Positions 27,641 to 32,000 of a stretch of 32,000 nucleotides of DNA are shown piece after piece. Position 1 is the first letter of the stretch. Each line of letters begins with the position of its first letter. Origin of the DNA: Synechococcus elongatus PCC 6301 (GTDB lineage Bacteria > Cyanobacteriota > Cyanobacteriia > Synechococcales > Synechococcaceae); contig NC_006576.1 of NCBI RefSeq assembly GCF_000010065.1, positions 1,530,001 to 1,562,000 of the forward strand. The letters run 5' to 3'. Under the pieces are notes generated by a model that worked only from the letters and a program-made list of their open reading frames with translations, was not told where the DNA came from and did no database searches. The position numbers and the translations under genes were made by a program.

Positions 27641-28414
27641 ATGAAAGCTGTAATTTTGGCAGGTGGTCTTGGTACAAGACTAAGTGAAGAGACTCACCTA
27701 AGACCTAAGCCAATGGTAGAAGTTGGTGGCAAACCAATTCTTTGGCATATCCTTAAAATCTATAGTCATTTTGGCATTCAGGAATTTATTATTTGCTGTG
27801 GTTATAAGGGCTATTTAATTAAAGATTATTTTGCCAACTATTTTTTGTATACCAGTGATGTAACATTTCATATGGATATTGATAACCATATGGAAGTTCA
27901 TCACCGAAAAAGCGAGCCGTGGAAAGTTACGCTTGTAGATACTGGCGAGATGAGTCAGACAGGAGGGCGGTTAGGCCGAGTTCGCCATTATCTAAATGAC
28001 GAAACCTTCTGTTTTACCTATGGAGATGGTGTTGCAGATGTCAATATTCATGCACTTGTTCAACACCATCAAAAGGCAGAATGTCAGGCAACACTAACTG
28101 CTGTCCAGCCTCCTGGCCGTTACGGTGCCCTGAGTCTGGAAGGTGATACGGTATTGCAGTTCCAAGAGAAACCTGAGGGTGATAACGCTTGGATTAATGG
28201 TGGCTTCTTCGTACTTGAACCCAATGTTTTGGACTTGATTGCAGACGATAGCTGTAGCTGGGAGGGAGAAATTTTGCCTCAACTTGCTGCTGCTGGTCAG
28301 CTCTCTGCTTATCGGCACCGAGGTTTTTGGCAGCCAATGGATACCTTGAGAGACCGGACTCGTTTAGAGGAGCTATGGGCTAATAATCAGGCCCCCTGGA
28401 AGCTTTGGGAATGA
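27641..28414 (+). CDS. rfbF: glucose-1-phosphate cytidylyltransferase
   Basis: MKAVILAGGLGTRLSEETHLRPKPMVEVGGKPILWHILKIYSHFGIQEFIICCGYKGYLIKDYF. Confidence 0.96.
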   Translation: MKAVILAGGLGTRLSEETHLRPKPMVEVGGKPILWHILKIYSHFGIQEFIICCGYKGYLIKDYFANYFLYTSDVTFHMDIDNHMEVHHRKSEPWKVTLVDTGEMSQTGGRLGRVRHYLNDETFCFTYGDGVADVNIHALVQHHQKAECQATLTAVQPPGRYGALSLEGDTVLQFQEKPEGDNAWINGGFFVLEPNVLDLIADDSCSWEGEILPQLAAAGQLSAYRHRGFWQPMDTLRDRTRLEELWANNQAPWKLWE

Positions 28415-29517
28415 ACTCTAGCTTTTGGCGCGATCGCCAAGTGCTGATCACAGGGCATACGGGCTTTAAGGGAAGCTGGCTAACGCTTTGGTTATTGATG
28501 CAAGGGGCTGATGTTTGGGGGTATGCCCTACCTCCAGAATCCGAGCGATCGCTGTTTACAGCCTTGGACTTGGCGAACCAGCGGCAAGCGGGTTGGGGTT
28601 ACTTTCAGTATCGGCTCGGAGAGATGAATGATGCTGAAGCTCTGAGGCAGTGGGTAGAACAAGCACAACCTGAGGTGGTGTTTCACCTAGCGGCTCAACC
28701 TTTAGTCCGTCGAAGCTATGCCGATCCCTTGGGAACTTGGCAAACGAATGTTCTCGGTAGCCTGCAACTGCTCGAAGCCCTAAAAAGTTTGCAGCACCCT
28801 TGCGCCATGGTGATGGTGACAACAGATAAGGTTTACGAAAATCGTGAGTGGGTCTACGGCTATCGGGAGACTGATTGCTTAGGAGGGCATGATCCCTACA
28901 GTGCCAGCAAAGCAGCGATGGAGTTAGCCGTGGCTAGTTGGCGATCGAGCTTTTGTGGGGATGCGGCTCATCAAACGCCGTATTTAGCGATCGCGACGGC
29001 GCGGGCAGGCAATGTGATTGGCGGGGGAGACTGGGCAGTCGATCGCATCGTGCCAGATGCGGTTCGGTCTCTATCAGCCGGTGCTGCTATTGCTGTTCGT
29101 AATTCCCACTCAACTCGACCTTGGCAGCATGTTTTGGAACCGCTAGGAGGATATCTACTGTTGGCGCAGCGACTGCTTGGACATCAGCAGTCTGCGGAGA
29201 AAACGGTGAATCCGTTTGCGCGAGCTTTTAACTTTGGCCCAGCAATAGAGTCCAATCGTTCTGTGAAAGAGCTGATTACGACAGTGCTTCAGCATTGGCC
29301 GGGACAGTGGTTCGACCAATCCGATCCAACAGCTCCGCACGAGGCTGGGCTATTGCATCTCGTCAGTGACCAAGCACGTCAGCTCCTGGGCTGGCAGCCT
29401 CGCTGGGATTTTGAAACAACCGTCAGCAGAACGATCCATTGGTATCGACCGGTCATGATGACAGGAGGCTCAGCATTGGAGGCTTGTCTTGAGGACCTTG
29501 CTACTTACGGGCAGTGA
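28411..29517 (+). CDS. rfbG: CDP-glucose 4,6-dehydratase
   Basis: VLITGHTGFKGSWLTLWLLMQGADVWGYAL; HLAAQPLVRRSY; YSASKAAMELAV. ATG overlaps rfbF stop (ATGA, 28411-28414). Confidence 0.96.
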   Translation: MNSSFWRDRQVLITGHTGFKGSWLTLWLLMQGADVWGYALPPESERSLFTALDLANQRQAGWGYFQYRLGEMNDAEALRQWVEQAQPEVVFHLAAQPLVRRSYADPLGTWQTNVLGSLQLLEALKSLQHPCAMVMVTTDKVYENREWVYGYRETDCLGGHDPYSASKAAMELAVASWRSSFCGDAAHQTPYLAIATARAGNVIGGGDWAVDRIVPDAVRSLSAGAAIAVRNSHSTRPWQHVLEPLGGYLLLAQRLLGHQQSAEKTVNPFARAFNFGPAIESNRSVKELITTVLQHWPGQWFDQSDPTAPHEAGLLHLVSDQARQLLGWQPRWDFETTVSRTIHWYRPVMMTGGSALEACLEDLATYGQ

Positions 29518-29522
29518 TACTG

Positions 29523-29792
29523 ATGGAGCTCACTCGCCATGCAATCGATAAATTAGAGACCTATGGCATTCAGGGTGATCGTTTTCAGAGTTGGTTAGCG
29601 GCGCTCCCAGCCGGTGAAGTCTTTCAAGATTTAACGAGTGGTGCCGTCGGATTAGTGGTTCGATGGGAAGAGCGACCTTGGATTGTGATTCTGAGTGAAG
29701 ATAGAGCCAAAGTCGTGACAACGTACCCGACAGACGAGCGCGCAGTAACCAATCGTCGTGGAGGTGGTCGATGGATTTTTCTCAACAGCTGA
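29523..29792 (+). CDS. hypothetical small protein (~89 aa), possibly RelE/DUF4258-like fold
   Basis: ORF from GTG 29514 or ATG 29523: MELTRHAIDKLETYGIQGDRFQSWLAAL...ERPWIVILSEDRAKVVTTYPTD...RRGGGRWIF. Family call is pattern resemblance only. Confidence 0.6.
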   Translation: MELTRHAIDKLETYGIQGDRFQSWLAALPAGEVFQDLTSGAVGLVVRWEERPWIVILSEDRAKVVTTYPTDERAVTNRRGGGRWIFLNS

Positions 29793-30016
29793 CAGAACAG
29801 ATCAAGGGAATGGAGCGCTTGATTGATGCAGAGAGTGGAGCGATTTTATTCCGACATCCTAGTTTGAGAGGCATCCCCGATTTAGTGGTAGAGGGGGATG
29901 GATACCAGCTGGAGTTTATTGGGTCAACGCTACTGTGTCTTGATATTCAAGATCCTGTTGCGATCGCTCGTTTGCTAGCTGAGCCAGTAAAGTCACAGTT
30001 GCCTGTTGGCGTCTGA
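29771..30016 (+). CDS. hypothetical small protein (81 aa)
   Basis: MDFSQQLTEQIKGMERLIDAESGAILFRHPSLRGIPDLVVEGDGYQLEF; overlaps the previous ORF by 22 bp. Confidence 0.6.
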   Translation: MDFSQQLTEQIKGMERLIDAESGAILFRHPSLRGIPDLVVEGDGYQLEFIGSTLLCLDIQDPVAIARLLAEPVKSQLPVGV

Positions 30017-30036
30017 CTCTTGGGATAGAACGGCTG

Positions 30037-30582
30037 ATGCCAACTGAGTTACGAGCAACGGCGATCGCAGGCGTGCTGGAACTCATTAGTCAGCCTTTTC
30101 AGGATCATCGAGGTGCTTTTCTCAATGCTTTTCGGGAACAAGAGCCTGCGTTTGCAGAAGCTTGGGGAGACCGCAGGATTGCCCAAGTGAATCTGAGCCG
30201 AACTGACAGAGTTGGAGCGATTCGGGGGCTACATTTGCAAGCAGCACCTCACAGTGAAGCAAAGCTCGTTCGTTGTCTACGAGGACGGGTGTGGGATGTT
30301 GCAGTTGATCTGCGGCAGGATTCTGCAACCTATGGCCAATGGCAAGCAGTAGAACTATCTCCTGAGCAAGCTAATGCACTACTGATTCCTGAAGGCTGTG
30401 CTCATGGTTTCCAGGTGCTCGAAGCCAATAGCGAATTACTCTATCTGCATTCTGGGACTTGGGTACCAGAAGCCGAGACGGGCATTCGTTGGGACGATCC
30501 TCAACTGGCGATCGCTTGGCCGCTGCCGATGTCTGAACTAAGCGATCGCGATCGCGCTTTACCGTTTCTCTCGGGATTATGA
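30037..30582 (+). CDS. dTDP-4-dehydrorhamnose 3,5-epimerase-family protein
   Basis: QPFQDHRGAFLNAFRE; GAIRGLHLQAAPHSEAKLVRCLRGRVWDVAVDLR; IPEGCAHGFQVLE. Confidence 0.92.
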   Translation: MPTELRATAIAGVLELISQPFQDHRGAFLNAFREQEPAFAEAWGDRRIAQVNLSRTDRVGAIRGLHLQAAPHSEAKLVRCLRGRVWDVAVDLRQDSATYGQWQAVELSPEQANALLIPEGCAHGFQVLEANSELLYLHSGTWVPEAETGIRWDDPQLAIAWPLPMSELSDRDRALPFLSGL

Positions 30583-31811
30583 GTCATTCCTGCCGCCACT
30601 GTGGATCGCTCCTCCAGCAAGAGGTGATCGATCTGGGGCACCAACCACCCAGCAATGCTTACCTAACGGCAGAGCAGTTGTTGTTGCCCGAGCTGACCTA
30701 TCCGCTCAAGGTCTATGTTTGTACGGACTGTTGGCTTGTACAGTTACCGGCGCATGCGGCGGCTGAGGAACTCTTTACAGCTGACTATGCCTATTTTTCG
30801 AGTACGTCTGAGAGCTGGTGTGCCCATGCTCAGCGGTTTGTGGAGCAAGCAGTTGAGCAACTAGAGCTAGGACCCAAGAGTTTGGTAGTGGAGATAGCCA
30901 GTAATGATGGCTACCTACTGCAGTATGTGCAGCAGCGGGGGATTCCTTGCTTGGGTATTGAACCAACGCAAGCAACTGCCAATGCTGCTCGCAATCGGGG
31001 GATTGAAACGATTGAGCGCTTCTTTGGAACAGCACTGGCCGAGGAACTCACTGCCGAAGGCGCTCCGGTGAGTGGCGGGGCCGATTTGGTAGTAGCTAAC
31101 AACGTCTTGGCGCATGTGCCCGACATTAATGACTTTATGGCGGGGATTGCAAAGCTGCTAAAACCTCAAGGCCGGGCTTCGCTGGAGTTTCCACACTTGC
31201 TGAGGCTGTTGGAAGGTAATCAGTTTGACACGATCTATCACGAGCATTACAGCTACCTAAGCCTAAAGGTTGTGCAGCAGATTGCTAATCTTGTAGGCCT
31301 AGTGATTGCAGATGTAGAGCAGCTAGCAACACATGGAGGGAGTTTACGAGTTTGGTTGGTCCATCAAGGAACCACAGAACCCAGCAGATCTGTTGAGGAA
31401 TTACTGGCAATTGAGGCAATAAGCCAGCTCGAGCAGATTGAGACCTATACTGATTTTCAGAAGCGGGCAGAGGCTGCAAAAGACGATTTGTTAGGTTTTT
31501 TACTACAGGAAAAGCAAAATGGAAAATTTGTTTTAGGCTATGGCGCTGCAGCTAAAGGAAATACCTTGCTGAACTATGCAGGAGTCAAAGTAGATTTACT
31601 ACCTGCTGTAGCGGATCGAGCGATGAGTAAGCAAGGAAAATTTCTACCAGGTAGCCATATTCCCGTCATCAGTCCAGAGGAACTTATCAAACAACAGGTT
31701 GATTGGCTGTTGGTATTGCCATGGAATCTTGTTCATGAAATTAGAAAACAGTTACCTGAATATCCATTGGTCACGGCAATTCCTGAATTAAAGACTTGGA
31801 GTTCTCAATAA
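30579..31811 (+). CDS. class I SAM-dependent sugar C-methyltransferase
   Basis: N-terminal zinc-binding CRHCGSLLQQEVIDLGHQPPSNAYL...CTDCWLVQL; EIASNDGYLLQYVQQRGIPCLGIEPT; EHYSYLSLK. Overlaps previous stop by ATGA. Confidence 0.93.
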   Translation: MSHSCRHCGSLLQQEVIDLGHQPPSNAYLTAEQLLLPELTYPLKVYVCTDCWLVQLPAHAAAEELFTADYAYFSSTSESWCAHAQRFVEQAVEQLELGPKSLVVEIASNDGYLLQYVQQRGIPCLGIEPTQATANAARNRGIETIERFFGTALAEELTAEGAPVSGGADLVVANNVLAHVPDINDFMAGIAKLLKPQGRASLEFPHLLRLLEGNQFDTIYHEHYSYLSLKVVQQIANLVGLVIADVEQLATHGGSLRVWLVHQGTTEPSRSVEELLAIEAISQLEQIETYTDFQKRAEAAKDDLLGFLLQEKQNGKFVLGYGAAAKGNTLLNYAGVKVDLLPAVADRAMSKQGKFLPGSHIPVISPEELIKQQVDWLLVLPWNLVHEIRKQLPEYPLVTAIPELKTWSSQ

Positions 31812-31814
31812 TTT

Positions 31815-32000
31815 ATGGCTAAGCAATCCTATCGGAAAATTCCTTACACCAAGCCTTCAATTACTGAGCTGGAGATTCAATATGCAACTGATGCAGCCCG
31901 AAACGGCTGGGGTGAACATTGCTATGACTACATCATCCGCTTTGAAGAAGCATTTAAACAACACCTAGGTGTGCAATATGCCATTGCAACCAGTAGCTGT
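31815..32000 (+). CDS. DegT/DnrJ/EryC1-family aminotransferase/dehydratase, 5' part (runs off window; RfbH-like possible)
   Basis: ATG at 31815: MAKQSYRKIPYTKPSITELEIQYATDAARNGWGEHCYDYIIRFEEAFKQHLGVQYAIATSSC, open to the window edge. Confidence 0.85.
   Translation, partial: MAKQSYRKIPYTKPSITELEIQYATDAARNGWGEHCYDYIIRFEEAFKQHLGVQYAIATSSC

Noticed and set aside
1-32000. Frequent GCGATCGC palindromes considered as a possible regulatory or repeat array
   Set aside because: These match the well-known dispersed HIP1 motif of cyanobacteria, without periodic spacing; not a CRISPR or new repeat family.

Overview
This 32 kb window looks like ordinary cyanobacterial chromosome. The abundant GCGATCGC (HIP1) palindromes and the gene content suggest Synechococcus elongatus-like DNA (inference). 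It encodes about 30 housekeeping or conserved proteins. From left to right these include a chorismate lyase-like protein, a GntR-type regulator, dienelactone hydrolase, tRNA-Asn(GTT), an MBL-fold protein, an EGY-like site-2 protease, a GlgX/isoamylase-type debranching enzyme, a frameshifted HAD hydrolase, an FtsH-like HEAGH protein, MsbA-like and MacB-like ABC proteins, SSB, YjbQ, an XRE-type HTH protein, a periplasmic binding protein, PepP, IspH, a DegT aminotransferase, a PPOX-fold protein, a three-gene ABC/Gld-like operon, IF-3 and a dual-specificity-type phosphatase. The right end (from about 27.6 kb) is an LPS/O-antigen sugar cluster: rfbF, rfbG, two small unknown ORFs, an epimerase, a C-methyltransferase and a partial DegT/RfbH-like gene. 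I found no CRISPR array, retron, prophage or convincing novel defence system. The best leads are: (1) a one-base frameshift inside catalytic motif I of the HAD gene, which is also bracketed by a ~75-bp imperfect direct repeat of the glgX/HAD junction; (2) an unlisted truncated Rpn/DUF2887-like nuclease remnant beside the phosphatase gene; (3) a decayed ~1 kb region with minus-strand coding relics in front of the O-antigen cluster; (4) two small overlapping unknown genes inside the sugar operon; (5) a 39-codon uORF in frame with and abutting infC; and (6) an MBL-fold protein with a degenerate metal site.
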